Shown here one piece after another: positions 8,702 through 18,747 of a DNA stretch of 64,000 nt. This DNA is from a bacterium (GTDB lineage Bacteria > Patescibacteriota > Minisyncoccia > Phycocordibacterales > UBA2100): assembly GCA_038128225.1 (NCBI GenBank), contig JAYPJF010000002.1:191751-255750 (forward strand). Reading direction: 5' to 3'. Numbering within the stretch: the stretch's first letter is position 1; the number at the start of each line of letters is the position of its first letter. The position numbers and the translations under genes were made by a program. The notes under the pieces were generated by a model. The model ran no database searches, was not told the DNA's origin, and worked only from the letters and a program-made list of their open reading frames with translations.

Positions 8702-10111
8702 ATGGCAAAAGCAGCACGTACTCCTCCCCAGGATCTTGAGACAGAAAAGATTCTGCTTGGAGCACTCATGTTGCACCCAAATGCGATGTATGAAGTAGTT
8801 GACCTCATATCGCCTGACGCATTTTATGCCCCAAAACATCGAACAATTTATGAAGCGATGCTTGCGCTCTCCGAAAAAGGCGAACCAATTGACTTTGCAC
8901 TCGTCGCGGCAAAAATTGCAGAACGGAAACAACTTGACCAAATCGGAGGCCGTGCATACCTTTCCGAACTTATCGCCCAAGCGCCGTCTGCGGTGCATGC
9001 CGGTAATTATGCCGGTGTCATCCAATCGAAAGGTGTCTTGCGCAACCTCATTGAAGTAGCCGATGAAATTAGCGGACTTGGGTTCTCAGAGGAGCGTCCG
9101 ATTGACGAAGTATTGGATGAAGCTCAGTCAAAAATCTTCAAAATATCAAACCGCGTCGGCCTCAAATCATTCACGTCGCTCTCACAAGAACTCCACGAAA
9201 CATGGGAACGAATCGAGCGTTTAAGCCACACAAAAGACGGCCTTCGGGGGGTACCAACGGGCTTTACTGCGCTCGACAATAAACTTGCAGGGCTGCAAAA
9301 TTCCGACCTCATTATTCTTGCTGCACGCCCTTCGATGGGTAAAACATCGCTTGCGCTTGATATTGTACGGCGCGCCGCACTCGAACATAAAATACCTGTT
9401 GGCTTTTTCGCGCTTGAAATGAGCGCGCAGCAACTTACTGAACGTATGCTCGCCGCCACTGCACATGTTGATGCGTGGCGCCTGCGAACCGGCAAAGGGC
9501 TTTCGGCGACTGACTATGAAAATCTGCAACATGCGATTGGTATGCTCGACGAGGCGCCGATTTATATCGATGATAACTCGACAAACACTGTACTTGCGAT
9601 GCGCTCAGTTGCCCGTAGATTGAAAGCCGAAAAGGGATTGGGACTTATTGTTGTTGACTACCTCCAGCTTATTTCGTCGGCATCGTCACGCCCAAACGAC
9701 AACATCGTGCAGCAAGTCACGGAAATTTCACGCGGTCTTAAAGCAATGGCACGCGATCTTGATGTTCCAGTACTCGCCCTTTCACAGCTTTCCCGTGCCG
9801 TTGAACAGCGCGGAGGTCGCCCTCGTTTGTCAGACCTCCGTGAATCGGGAGCCATCGAGCAGGACGCAGATGTTGTTATGTTCATTCACCGTGAAGACAA
9901 AGACAAACGGTATCATGAAGCCGAGTTTGAAAATGGCCACGACTCGTTTAAGAGCGATACTGTTGATGTTGATATCATTATCGCAAAACACCGTAATGGT
10001 CCTGTTGGCACCGTGCGGCTTAAGTTTCGCGATAACCAAGCGCGTTTCGAGTCAGTTTCTGAAGATTTTAGCGACGCTTCGGCTGAAGCTGCGGTTGATA
10101 TTGCAGACTAA
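8702..10111 (+). CDS. dnaB: Replicative DNA helicase DnaB
   Basis: DnaB N-terminal domain plus RecA-like core with Walker A (ARPSMGKTS). 469 aa. Confidence 0.92.
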   Translation: MAKAARTPPQDLETEKILLGALMLHPNAMYEVVDLISPDAFYAPKHRTIYEAMLALSEKGEPIDFALVAAKIAERKQLDQIGGRAYLSELIAQAPSAVHAGNYAGVIQSKGVLRNLIEVADEISGLGFSEERPIDEVLDEAQSKIFKISNRVGLKSFTSLSQELHETWERIERLSHTKDGLRGVPTGFTALDNKLAGLQNSDLIILAARPSMGKTSLALDIVRRAALEHKIPVGFFALEMSAQQLTERMLAATAHVDAWRLRTGKGLSATDYENLQHAIGMLDEAPIYIDDNSTNTVLAMRSVARRLKAEKGLGLIVVDYLQLISSASSRPNDNIVQQVTEISRGLKAMARDLDVPVLALSQLSRAVEQRGGRPRLSDLRESGAIEQDADVVMFIHREDKDKRYHEAEFENGHDSFKSDTVDVDIIIAKHRNGPVGTVRLKFRDNQARFESVSEDFSDASAEAAVDIAD

Positions 10112-10113
10112 CC

Positions 10114-10701
10114 ATGAGTGCTCTCGAGCGACTTGCGGCACTTTTTGAACGTTTTCCTGGCATTGGTCCTCGACAAGCAATGCGGTTTGTTATGTTCTTA
10201 CTTAAAGCGTCACCCGCGATGCGAAAAGAAATTGCTGATGCGCTTCTCGAGGTTGGTAAAAACGTGCGCCGCTGTAACAATTGTCTCCGTTTCCACGACG
10301 CAACAACACCGTTGTGCTCGATGTGCTCAAGCGCGCGTGACTCCGTTCTCATGGTGGTTGTCCACGATACCGACATTGCAGCTATAGAGCGATCAGGCAC
10401 GTATCGAGGATATTACTTCGTGCTTGGCGGCATGCTCAGCCTTGGCGGCACAACGACCGAAATTCACGAACGCGAACTTGTTGCTCGCCTCAAGAAAAGC
10501 CCCGAGATTACTGAGGTGATCCTTGCGCTCCCCGCGCAACCTGATGGTGACATGACTGCAGCACAGGTGCGTGAAAAAATCACCGCCGCACTCGACACGC
10601 CACCAAAAATAACCACGCTCGGGCGAGGGCTTTCAACAGGAAGTGAGATCGAGTACGCTGACCCCGAAACCATTAGAAACGCCCTCCTGGGACGCCACTA
10701 A
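10114..10701 (+). CDS. recR: Recombination protein RecR
   Basis: N-terminal HhH, C4 zinc finger (C..C...C..C) and Toprim. Tightly coupled to dnaB. Confidence 0.9.
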   Translation: MSALERLAALFERFPGIGPRQAMRFVMFLLKASPAMRKEIADALLEVGKNVRRCNNCLRFHDATTPLCSMCSSARDSVLMVVVHDTDIAAIERSGTYRGYYFVLGGMLSLGGTTTEIHERELVARLKKSPEITEVILALPAQPDGDMTAAQVREKITAALDTPPKITTLGRGLSTGSEIEYADPETIRNALLGRH

Positions 10702-11009
10702 ACCTCAAGAATGCGCACTTTAGTGTACAACTGACGGTGTCCACGCTTTTTGTGATAATTGCTTTTTGCGCGGAATTTTTCAACAATAATCTTTTTTCCT
10801 TTGCCCGCTTCGATTACTTCAGCATTCACCGTTGCGCCTGCAATGTAGGGTGCTCCAACAGTTTGGGTACTACCATCGTCAATAACAAGAACTTTGTCGA
10901 AGACGATCTTTTTGCCCGCATCTGCACCTTCGATTTTTTCGACAGTCAACACCGTGTCGTTAGTGACGACATACTGTTTCCCTCCGGTCTCAACAACTGC
11001 GATTTTCAT
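10698..11009 (-). CDS. rplU: 50S ribosomal protein L21
   Basis: 103 aa with MKIAVVETGGKQY and the characteristic L21 C-terminus. Confidence 0.85.
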   Translation of the reverse strand: MKIAVVETGGKQYVVTNDTVLTVEKIEGADAGKKIVFDKVLVIDDGSTQTVGAPYIAGATVNAEVIEAGKGKKIIVEKFRAKSNYHKKRGHRQLYTKVRILEV

Positions 11010-11134
11010 GTCGCGGAAGTGTACGATATTTATAAGAAATATGCAAGGCGCATTGAATCAGAAATTGACTTAGATGATTAAGGTGGCATTATCCTTAGCG
11101 GCCACCCCAGCGGTGGAAACAATGGAGCTAGGAA

Positions 11135-11551
11135 ATGAAATACGAAAAGGGTTCCGACGCCTCTGTGACCTCTTTGGATTCTTCGGAGCGCGACCGCGAG
11201 ACGCGCTGGTGGCGTGTGCTAATTGAGATCCCGGTAATTTTCTGGGGTCTACTCACCGAGTCGATTAAGTTCGCCGGCATTGTTTTTTGCGGCTGGGTTC
11301 TGTGGAATGCCGCCCAGGAAACCGGTGTCGAACTGATCGGGGTTCTGGACCAAGCGGGAAAGCTTTATATGAAGCTACTTGAACCTGGACCGTGGAACAC
11401 GGAACAGATCACGCTTGCCGCCGCCGTCGCTTTCGGCGTCGGTCTCGCGCTCTACAAGAGTTATATCGTATGGGTGCAACTGCGTTCATGGGCGCGCGAG
11501 CACTTTGGCGGCACACGGAAGGCACGACACCTCACGATCAATCCGAGCTAG
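11135..11551 (+). CDS. Hypothetical membrane protein
   Basis: ORF with several hydrophobic segments. Confidence 0.3.
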   Translation: MKYEKGSDASVTSLDSSERDRETRWWRVLIEIPVIFWGLLTESIKFAGIVFCGWVLWNAAQETGVELIGVLDQAGKLYMKLLEPGPWNTEQITLAAAVAFGVGLALYKSYIVWVQLRSWAREHFGGTRKARHLTINPS

Positions 11552-11623
11552 GAACGCTCGTTTATACTTTGGTGACTCACTACTGGCGGCCGCAGCACTG
11601 CGGCCGTTTCTTTTTTAAACAGC

Positions 11624-12664
11624 TTAATCAAGCAAAGGTTTCTCGAGGAGCGCCGGTTCAATTCCGGGCGCTTCACCAGAGATTTTTAATACATCCTTAT
11701 CGATTTTTCCCAACTCTTTATACGCGGCATTGTAGTGACTTACGGTCGTACCGAGCGCAACGCCAAGTTTTGCATAGTATTCATCATACTTACCGATGTG
11801 ACGCCCGAGGTCTTCTACCCTATTACGTATTTCTTTTGCCGATTCTTCGATTTGAAGCGCCTTAAGTCCTTGCAAAACGGTTTGTAAATAGGCGAGAAAC
11901 GATGTCGGCGAGACAATAATGACTCGGTACGTACCGGCAGATTTTTGCAGCAAATTCTCCTCGTCGCCCCCCACACGATTCGTCAGAAGGTCGTAATAAA
12001 TACTCTCAGACGGTATCACCATAAATGCGAAGTCAGTTGTATTCTCGCTCGGGCGTATGTACTTCGAAGTTTCTTTAATTCGCATTTTCAGATCGTTCAC
12101 AAAAAGTTTCTCGTACCGCTGCTTAGTGTCAGGATCTGTCGCGTCAAGGTATCGCGTATAATTCTCGAGTGAAAATTTTGAATCAACGGGAATGATTTTG
12201 TCTTTGACAAACACCACCGCATCCGCAATCTCGCCATTACTGAACGGGTACTGCATTTGGTATGCATTCGGCGGCAATACATTCTGCAGTACCGCCTCAA
12301 GATAGTATTCACCGAGTACACCACGCTGCTTGGGGTTGGTAAGCGTATCTTGGAGTTTTTTTAGTTGCTCAGCAAACCCAACAACCTGCTTGTTGGTTTC
12401 GCCAAGCCGCGTAAGCCCTTCGGTAACCTCTTTCACAATACGCGTCGACTCGGAAAGTTGTGTGCGCAAACCTTCTTGCATGGTTTTCGCGCTTTCGCCA
12501 AGTTTTGCATCCATTGTTTGTCGCAGCTCCTGGATTGCTTGTTGCAATAAAAGTGATCCCGTATCATCTTTCTGCCCACGCGCACGAGCCAGTACAAAAA
12601 CGAGCGCCGCGACCGCAAGCGCCAAAACACCAATAACAATTAAAAGAATTGTTACCGCTTCCAT
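11624..12664 (-). CDS. rmuC: DNA recombination protein RmuC
   Basis: N-terminal TM helix and coiled coil, with a conserved RmuC C-terminal domain. Confidence 0.8.
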   Translation of the reverse strand: MEAVTILLIVIGVLALAVAALVFVLARARGQKDDTGSLLLQQAIQELRQTMDAKLGESAKTMQEGLRTQLSESTRIVKEVTEGLTRLGETNKQVVGFAEQLKKLQDTLTNPKQRGVLGEYYLEAVLQNVLPPNAYQMQYPFSNGEIADAVVFVKDKIIPVDSKFSLENYTRYLDATDPDTKQRYEKLFVNDLKMRIKETSKYIRPSENTTDFAFMVIPSESIYYDLLTNRVGGDEENLLQKSAGTYRVIIVSPTSFLAYLQTVLQGLKALQIEESAKEIRNRVEDLGRHIGKYDEYYAKLGVALGTTVSHYNAAYKELGKIDKDVLKISGEAPGIEPALLEKPLLD

Positions 12665-12693
12665 GGCCGCAGTGTATCACGACACGTACGTGA

Positions 12694-15318
12694 TTATGAA
12701 AATCGTCGCGCAACCACTTTAAGGGTTTCAATGAGCACAATGTTTGCCACCGCAAAACCAAGCAAGTACAGTGCAAATTGTATAGGAAACGTGGTGAGCG
12801 AGAGAAGTTCACGCATGGGTGCAAGCGTTACGCTCAACACCAAAATCCCGATACTTATACTGAGAGAGACGAGAAGCGACCGGTTGTTGAGAAGTGGTAT
12901 ACGCCACAACGGATTTGAAGGGTCTTTAAGTGACAGTGCAAACGAAAGTGCAGTAATTGAAAGCGCAACAAACATTACACTGCGCATTGTCTCGGCGGGC
13001 AAATGCGCCATAAGAAGCCACCCATAGAACCCGATCAACAGTGCGCTGCCGCCGATACTGACGAGTGTTATGAGTACGCCGAGTTTTCGAGTGAGAATCG
13101 CTTCTCCAAGACCTCGTGGTTTTTCACGCATGACCCCAGTGCGGGCCGGCTCGAACGCATACGGAATACTCATAAAACCTTCGTGGATGATGTTGGTCCA
13201 CAAAAGCTGTGTTGGCAAAAGCGGCAGCGGAGTGCCCATAACGAGCGCGCTCCCAATGACCATAACCTCACTCGCGCTCGTTGAAAGCAAGTAGGTGACA
13301 ATACTCCGCAAATTATCGACGACACGTCTTCCCTCTCGAATCGCAGATACGATAGTCGAAAATTTGTTGTCGAGTAATACCAGGTCGCCTGCTTCTTTTG
13401 CCACATCCGTCCCGCTACCCACGGTAATACCGATGTGTGCTGCAGTAAGTGCGGGCGCATCATTAACACCATCCCCTGTCATCGCAACCACTTCTCCGTG
13501 TTTTTTTAGCACCCGGACAACCCGCAGTTTCTGTTCAGGCAACACACGCGCAAGCACCGTGCACGACGCGAGTTTGGTCGCAAGCGCCTCATCGGAAAGC
13601 TGTTCCATTTCTTCTCCTGTCAGCATCTTCTCAGCGTTAATTCCAACTTCGTGTGCAACCGCGCGCGCGGTTTCTGGGTAATCCCCTGTGAGCATCATGA
13701 TCCTGACACCAGCTCCCTCGACTTCACGTATCGCATCAGGGACATCTTTGCGCACGTGATCTGCAATTGCCAAAAGACCAACAAACACTAGCTGTTCAAG
13801 CGTGCCACCACGTGCGTCGTCAGTTATTTTTTTCTCACGCGTGTCCGCGTACGCAACCGCAAGAAACTTCTGCCCTTGCGCCGCACCATCACGCTGCACT
13901 GCCATAAAATGCTCTCGCGTTTCTTTGTCGAGAATACGCGCGCCTCCCGCCGAAAAACAATGTGTCGCCTGTGCAAGAAGCGGTTCTGGTGCCCCCGATG
14001 CGTACACACGATACGCTCCAACTGGGTTCGCGTTGAGCGAAAGTGCAAAGCGACGCACAGACTCGAATTGAACAAAATCAAGTCGTTCATGACCTTGAGT
14101 GAAAAGTTTCTGCTGCTCTATTCCGTTGGCATAGCCACACTCAATAATTGAACGTTCTACAGGACGGCCACGAAACACGGGTCCTTCAGCAGCGTGTTCC
14201 ACGAACGCATCGGATGCGAGTACCGCCATTTCGATAAGAGCGCGGTTGTCGGGATGATCAACGCCGCCTGCGTGTTCGAGTGTTCGTGCCGTATATAAAT
14301 GTGCGATGCGCATCGCCCCTTCCGTGAGCGTTCCGGTTTTGTCAACAAGAATGACCGTTGTGGCACCCAGCGTTTCCGTTGCAAGCAATCCCCGCACCAA
14401 ACCACCACGGCGCAGAATCGATTCCATGCCAAGCGCGAGTGTAATGGTGACTGCGGCGGGCAATCCTTCTGGCATTGCAGAAACGGCAACCGCAACACTA
14501 ATCAAAAGCATCTCAGCAACTGCAGTCCCACGCAAAAGTCCAACAATGAAGATGGCCGCCAACACCGCCAAAATAAGCAAAGAAATTACTGTCGCAAGCC
14601 GACGCACGCTCGCACTCAGAGGCGTGTGTTCATCTTTTGCATGTAGAGCGAGCGTTGCAATCGTTCCAATCGTTGAGTGCGCCCCCGTCTCAACAACCAC
14701 CCCACGACCGCGCCCCGCAACAACAACCGTACCGCCCCACGCCATATTTTTGCGGGCATTTTTTGGTGCCGTCTCAGGTTCGAGCGCTTCGCTTTTTTCT
14801 ACCGGGTGCCACTCACCGGTAAGCATCGATTCATTAACGTGAAGTCCTTGTGCCTCAAAAATGCGCACGTCAGCCGGCACTACGTGTCCTCCTGCAAGTT
14901 CGACCACATCGCCCGGTACGAGTTCGCGAATAGGAATAATTTTGTGCTCTTCTTGCCGGACCACTTCCGCGGTGGGTGCTTGCGTTGCTTCAAGCGCCTC
15001 AAATATTTTTGAGGCGCGTGCTTCTTGTGCCACGCTTGCACCTACGTTAATACACAGCGCTATCACCAACACCACCGCATCTGCATATTCAGAAAGGAGG
15101 AGCGTTACAATGAGTGCGCCAACAAGAACGAGTGCTAACGGACTCCGAAACTGTCCCACGAGTGCGCGGACAAACGTCCATCGCTGCCCGCGCGTCAGTT
15201 CGTTGTATCCAAATCGCTCCAGGCGTGCCACCGCTTCGCGCGCCGTGATGCCGTGCAATGAAGAATGCAGTTCATCCAACACTGTTGCGACAGTGCGGCT
15301 ATGCCATGGCGAGCTCAT
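12694..15318 (-). CDS. Cation-transporting P-type ATPase (type II, Ca2+/Mg2+-like)
   Basis: DKTGTLT phosphorylation motif, TGDGVNDAPAL hinge and about ten TM segments. Start placed at the internal Met MSSPWHS. Confidence 0.9.
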   Translation of the reverse strand: MSSPWHSRTVATVLDELHSSLHGITAREAVARLERFGYNELTRGQRWTFVRALVGQFRSPLALVLVGALIVTLLLSEYADAVVLVIALCINVGASVAQEARASKIFEALEATQAPTAEVVRQEEHKIIPIRELVPGDVVELAGGHVVPADVRIFEAQGLHVNESMLTGEWHPVEKSEALEPETAPKNARKNMAWGGTVVVAGRGRGVVVETGAHSTIGTIATLALHAKDEHTPLSASVRRLATVISLLILAVLAAIFIVGLLRGTAVAEMLLISVAVAVSAMPEGLPAAVTITLALGMESILRRGGLVRGLLATETLGATTVILVDKTGTLTEGAMRIAHLYTARTLEHAGGVDHPDNRALIEMAVLASDAFVEHAAEGPVFRGRPVERSIIECGYANGIEQQKLFTQGHERLDFVQFESVRRFALSLNANPVGAYRVYASGAPEPLLAQATHCFSAGGARILDKETREHFMAVQRDGAAQGQKFLAVAYADTREKKITDDARGGTLEQLVFVGLLAIADHVRKDVPDAIREVEGAGVRIMMLTGDYPETARAVAHEVGINAEKMLTGEEMEQLSDEALATKLASCTVLARVLPEQKLRVVRVLKKHGEVVAMTGDGVNDAPALTAAHIGITVGSGTDVAKEAGDLVLLDNKFSTIVSAIREGRRVVDNLRSIVTYLLSTSASEVMVIGSALVMGTPLPLLPTQLLWTNIIHEGFMSIPYAFEPARTGVMREKPRGLGEAILTRKLGVLITLVSIGGSALLIGFYGWLLMAHLPAETMRSVMFVALSITALSFALSLKDPSNPLWRIPLLNNRSLLVSLSISIGILVLSVTLAPMRELLSLTTFPIQFALYLLGFAVANIVLIETLKVVARRFS

Positions 15319-15372
15319 ATACGTAAGTATATCGCTACTTGCGCCGCATATGCCCGCTGTTACACTACGCGC

Positions 15373-15822
15373 ATGTTGATAGACACCATACGCGCACATG
15401 CGACCGATGCAATGAAGGCGCGAGACTCCATGCGCGTAACCACGCTCCGGAGCATCATTGCCGCATACACCAATGAACTCGTTGCGAAAGGACGAAAGCC
15501 GACCGAAACGTTAACTGATGAAGAAACCATTCTGGTCTTAAAACGGCTTGTGAAGCAGCGCAAAGAAGCAGCAGAACAGTTTACTGCAGGCAATCGCCCG
15601 GAATTGGCCGAGAAAGAAAAACAAGAACTTGGCATACTCGAAGCCTACGTCCCACAAATGGCCTCACGTGAGGATGTCGAGAAAATTGCGCGAAGCAAGC
15701 AAGCAGAGATGAATGTTGACGCAAAAAGTGCTGGAAAACTTATGGGAGCAGTCATGAAAGAGCTCGGCGGTCGCGCTGATGGCGCTGTGGTAAAGGAAGT
15801 GGTCACTAGCCTATTTCAGTAG
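15373..15822 (+). CDS. GatB/YqeY domain protein
   Basis: About 150 aa with a YqeY-like helical pattern. Start at the internal Met. Confidence 0.6.
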   Translation: MLIDTIRAHATDAMKARDSMRVTTLRSIIAAYTNELVAKGRKPTETLTDEETILVLKRLVKQRKEAAEQFTAGNRPELAEKEKQELGILEAYVPQMASREDVEKIARSKQAEMNVDAKSAGKLMGAVMKELGGRADGAVVKEVVTSLFQ

Positions 15823-15903
15823 TTGACAGTTTTCTAAGTGATTGTAGAATCTAAGCAGCGTACTGCGTCGGTAACAGAGTAGAATCAAACTCTGGAGGCG
15901 CAT

Positions 15904-16179
15904 ATGAGCAGAAAGATTTGTTTTGCCCCGCGCGTTCTTCGCGTGGACTGCGCTGAAGTGGAGGTGGAACTCCCAATCACGGGGGTGATGCTCACCTTTC
16001 GGTGCGGAAAGCGTGATGAGCCGCTCCCGCACAACCTCATCGAAGTTTCTCGCATGACTGCACGCGCACGATGGCACGGGTCAATTCTCGTTTCCGCTGG
16101 TGGGTGGCTGAATGCCAAATCCGCTGGCGCAGATGCCATCCGCGCGCATCGACAAGAAGTTCAAAAACGGCACAGGTAA
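15904..16179 (+). CDS. Hypothetical small protein
   Basis: ORF only. It is followed by a hairpin. Confidence 0.2.
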   Translation: MSRKICFAPRVLRVDCAEVEVELPITGVMLTFRCGKRDEPLPHNLIEVSRMTARARWHGSILVSAGGWLNAKSAGADAIRAHRQEVQKRHR

Positions 16180-16189
16180 AAGTTTTCCG

Positions 16190-16211
16190 CCCCGCGCTCA
16201 CTAGCGCGGGG
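16190..16211. terminator. GC-rich hairpin between convergent genes (putative bidirectional terminator)
   Basis: ccccgcgct-cact-agcgcgggg perfect 9-bp stem. Flanking A/T runs are weak. Confidence 0.4.
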
Positions 16212-16220
16212 TGACTAATT

Positions 16221-17429
16221 TCAATAGGTCTTCACGATGCGTTGCTGTCGTGACAATAGTGACGTGACGACTGATGCGCCCGCTGCAAGGAGTGCGCCGA
16301 TCATGATCGCCACAAGCACTTCGGCTACAAACAGGTATACGATTCCAACAATACACAAGAGCACGACTCTCCCCGCGTTTAATGCAATTTCCTTAAGGAC
16401 CGTATACTCATCAATATATCGCCCACTGTCCGCTGCCTGCTCATACGTAAGCGCCTCAATCGATGTGTGGTGTACCGTTCTCCCAATCCCGTGGAACCCA
16501 TCTACGATGACAACTTGGAATGGCGAACCGACGAATATTTTGAGCACCCACCCCCCCGCAGAAATGATCGCGCCGTACAAAAGAATTCGCCGCTTGTTCC
16601 ATCGATCAAAAAGCGATCCTGTGACCGCACGCGTCACAAGCACAATCAAAAGCGTAAACGTCGCCACGGCACCTAACATGACATACTCCTTTCCAATGAT
16701 TAAATAGACCGCAAGCGGCCATGCAATAAGAACCATCGCCGATTGTATCCCTTCTGCAAGGTGACTAATCACGAGCGGCTGGTTGCGCGGATGAACTAAT
16801 TGTCGAAAGGTTTCTTGATAGGACCACGTGTAGCGATCATACCCAGTTGGAATGTACCCGAGTGGAATGAGTGCGACACAAATGAGACCCGCCCCAAGCA
16901 AAAACAAAGACGAAAAACCTGTCGTTGCTACAATGTAACCACCCACAAATGGTGCAAGAGTAACCAGTATATCCGCACCATTCTCAAGTGTCGCAAGCTG
17001 TCTGCCTCGCCACCCTGATTCAGAAAGGCGCGCCATATCTATTTGATACGGCACCCAATAGAGTGCTCGGTACAGAGCTTCACTCACAACAAAAACTATG
17101 AGCGCGGCAGGAAGCGAAAGCGTATGCGGTGATGATGCAAGAAAATAGAGCGCCCCCACTCCCCCGACGAGTGCTGGCAGCGCGCATGCGATAAGCGTTC
17201 GTATTCCTAAGACACCAATGAGCCGAGCAGCAACGGGCGTCAACGCCGCAGTGGATGCATACAGCAATGCAAAAACTCCAAGAAGATCCGTGAGTGAGGA
17301 GTCAAGTTGCTCGTACAGAAAAACCACTGCAAAAACCCCGAACGCTTGCAGTGCGAGGCGTATAAGTACCCGCTGCGTAAAGAGCGCAGCAAGCCCTACG
17401 CTCATAGGTGTTTGTAAGAAATAATTCAT
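16221..17429 (-). CDS. MFS transporter
   Basis: 402 aa with about 12 TM segments and MFS-like loop motifs. Confidence 0.8.
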   Translation of the reverse strand: MNYFLQTPMSVGLAALFTQRVLIRLALQAFGVFAVVFLYEQLDSSLTDLLGVFALLYASTAALTPVAARLIGVLGIRTLIACALPALVGGVGALYFLASSPHTLSLPAALIVFVVSEALYRALYWVPYQIDMARLSESGWRGRQLATLENGADILVTLAPFVGGYIVATTGFSSLFLLGAGLICVALIPLGYIPTGYDRYTWSYQETFRQLVHPRNQPLVISHLAEGIQSAMVLIAWPLAVYLIIGKEYVMLGAVATFTLLIVLVTRAVTGSLFDRWNKRRILLYGAIISAGGWVLKIFVGSPFQVVIVDGFHGIGRTVHHTSIEALTYEQAADSGRYIDEYTVLKEIALNAGRVVLLCIVGIVYLFVAEVLVAIMIGALLAAGASVVTSLLSRQQRIVKTY

Positions 17430-17478
17430 GCCTACACTCTCGAGTGTAGCAGGAATTATTCTTCAAAAGAGCGCTTGT

Positions 17479-17973
17479 TCACAACCCGCGTATGTAGAGG
17501 CGCAGACGATGCAAAGTCCACGCAACAATAAAAATCGCGACGATGTACGTTACAAGATACGTACCAAATGAAAACGGCAGCTGCCCCGCAAGTCCAAGAA
17601 GCGCTGCGCCCCACCATGACGTAAATGAGATACTTGCGCCGAGCCACAAAGGAACCCATCGCTTGGAAAGCGCGACGGCATTCGCAACAATCGCGACAAA
17701 CATAAGGTCTTTCATCCAAATTTTCTCACTCGAAAAAATCCACATATTGTCCTGAGAGAAATGGTACCAAAACATGCCGATGACTGAGAAAAAAATGATC
17801 GCCATGCCAACACGAATCATGCGGTAATTCACGTGCATAAGCGCGCGCTCATCATCGCTCACTTTTCCATCTCTCAGCGCCTGACTAATCTGAAACTCGG
17901 CAATAGTTGCTCCCCCAGCGCCAAGGACAGTTCCGATCACGTGCCCAGCAACAATCAGCGAGTACACATCCAT
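17479..17973 (-). CDS. Hypothetical multi-pass membrane protein
   Basis: ORF with four to five hydrophobic helices. Confidence 0.4.
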   Translation of the reverse strand: MDVYSLIVAGHVIGTVLGAGGATIAEFQISQALRDGKVSDDERALMHVNYRMIRVGMAIIFFSVIGMFWYHFSQDNMWIFSSEKIWMKDLMFVAIVANAVALSKRWVPLWLGASISFTSWWGAALLGLAGQLPFSFGTYLVTYIVAIFIVAWTLHRLRLYIRGL

Positions 17974-17992
17974 GCCGAAAGTGTATCACGTG

Positions 17993-18065
17993 TGGACCCA
18001 AGGGGGCTCGAACCCCTCACCTCGCCCATGCCATGGGCGCGCTCTACCAGATGAGCTATGGGCCC
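17993..18065 (-). tRNA. tRNA-Ala (anticodon GGC)
   Basis: Hand-folded cloverleaf with G3:U70 identity pair. Anticodon loop ATGGCAT and T-loop GGTTCGAGCCC. Confidence 0.85.
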
Positions 18066-18159
18066 TTCTCGTGGATTCTACCAGAACCACGAGTTTGTAC
18101 AGTCTACGGGCGAAAGGGCAAAAAAGTGACCCGCCGCTTCCTCGCGACGGGTCACCACA

Positions 18160-18618
18160 CTACAACTTCACCCTGCATTCGATATTGTCCTTCCCAAAGT
18201 TCCATTCTCCAGACGAAACGCGACGTAACTGTGTAAAAAGGCGCATCAGCCTCTTGAGTGTTTGGTAGGCAGCCTCTCGCGATGGAAACTGAACATAGTT
18301 CCCATCGATTAGATAAGAGTCTGGCGTGCTTGTACACTTTTCGCTAAGAAACGAGTAATTTCCGTACGGCCCTTCTCCAATCACGAGATGTAGTTCAATA
18401 CCGACATCACATGCAAGTGGCTTTTCAGGCGCGCCCCAGAGTGATGTAAATTTTGGATCAACATGGAGACCCCTCAAAGGCGCCGAGCCGATGCCAGTTA
18501 AAAACACCACCCCTCCGATCATGAAAAGCGCGCAACACGCACTGAAAAAATCTACAAGTGTTCGCATGAGATTTCTCCCGGAATAGAGTTTTCCTATGTA
18601 CCGCATGTACCATAGCAC
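18160..18618 (-). CDS. Hypothetical membrane-anchored or secreted protein
   Basis: ORF lying between two tRNA genes, with an N-terminal hydrophobic segment. Confidence 0.35.
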   Translation of the reverse strand: MLWYMRYIGKLYSGRNLMRTLVDFFSACCALFMIGGVVFLTGIGSAPLRGLHVDPKFTSLWGAPEKPLACDVGIELHLVIGEGPYGNYSFLSEKCTSTPDSYLIDGNYVQFPSREAAYQTLKRLMRLFTQLRRVSSGEWNFGKDNIECRVKL

Positions 18619-18642
18619 ATCGACTCAACCTGGCAATTTTTG

Positions 18643-18714
18643 TGCTCCCGGCAGGAATCGAACCTGCATCGCCTCCTTCGGAGGGAGGTATCCTATCCGT
18701 TGAACGACGGGAGC
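18643..18714 (-). tRNA. tRNA-Arg (anticodon CCG)
   Basis: Cloverleaf with a 7-bp acceptor stem GCTCCCG/CGGGAGC. Anticodon loop CTCCGAA and T-loop GGTTCGATTCC. Confidence 0.8.
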
Positions 18715-18747
18715 CTAAAGGCGTGCGCGCATCTTCGCACGCATATT

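Noticed and set aside
17972-18268. ORFs overlapping tRNA genes (17972-18268, 18642-18851, 26278-26628, 26708-27121, 26769-27068, 26818-27099, 26872-27189)
   Set aside because: Each spans one or more hand-folded tRNA genes. The repeated GIEPGL translations are just the GGAATCGAACCC T-arm sequence read as protein.
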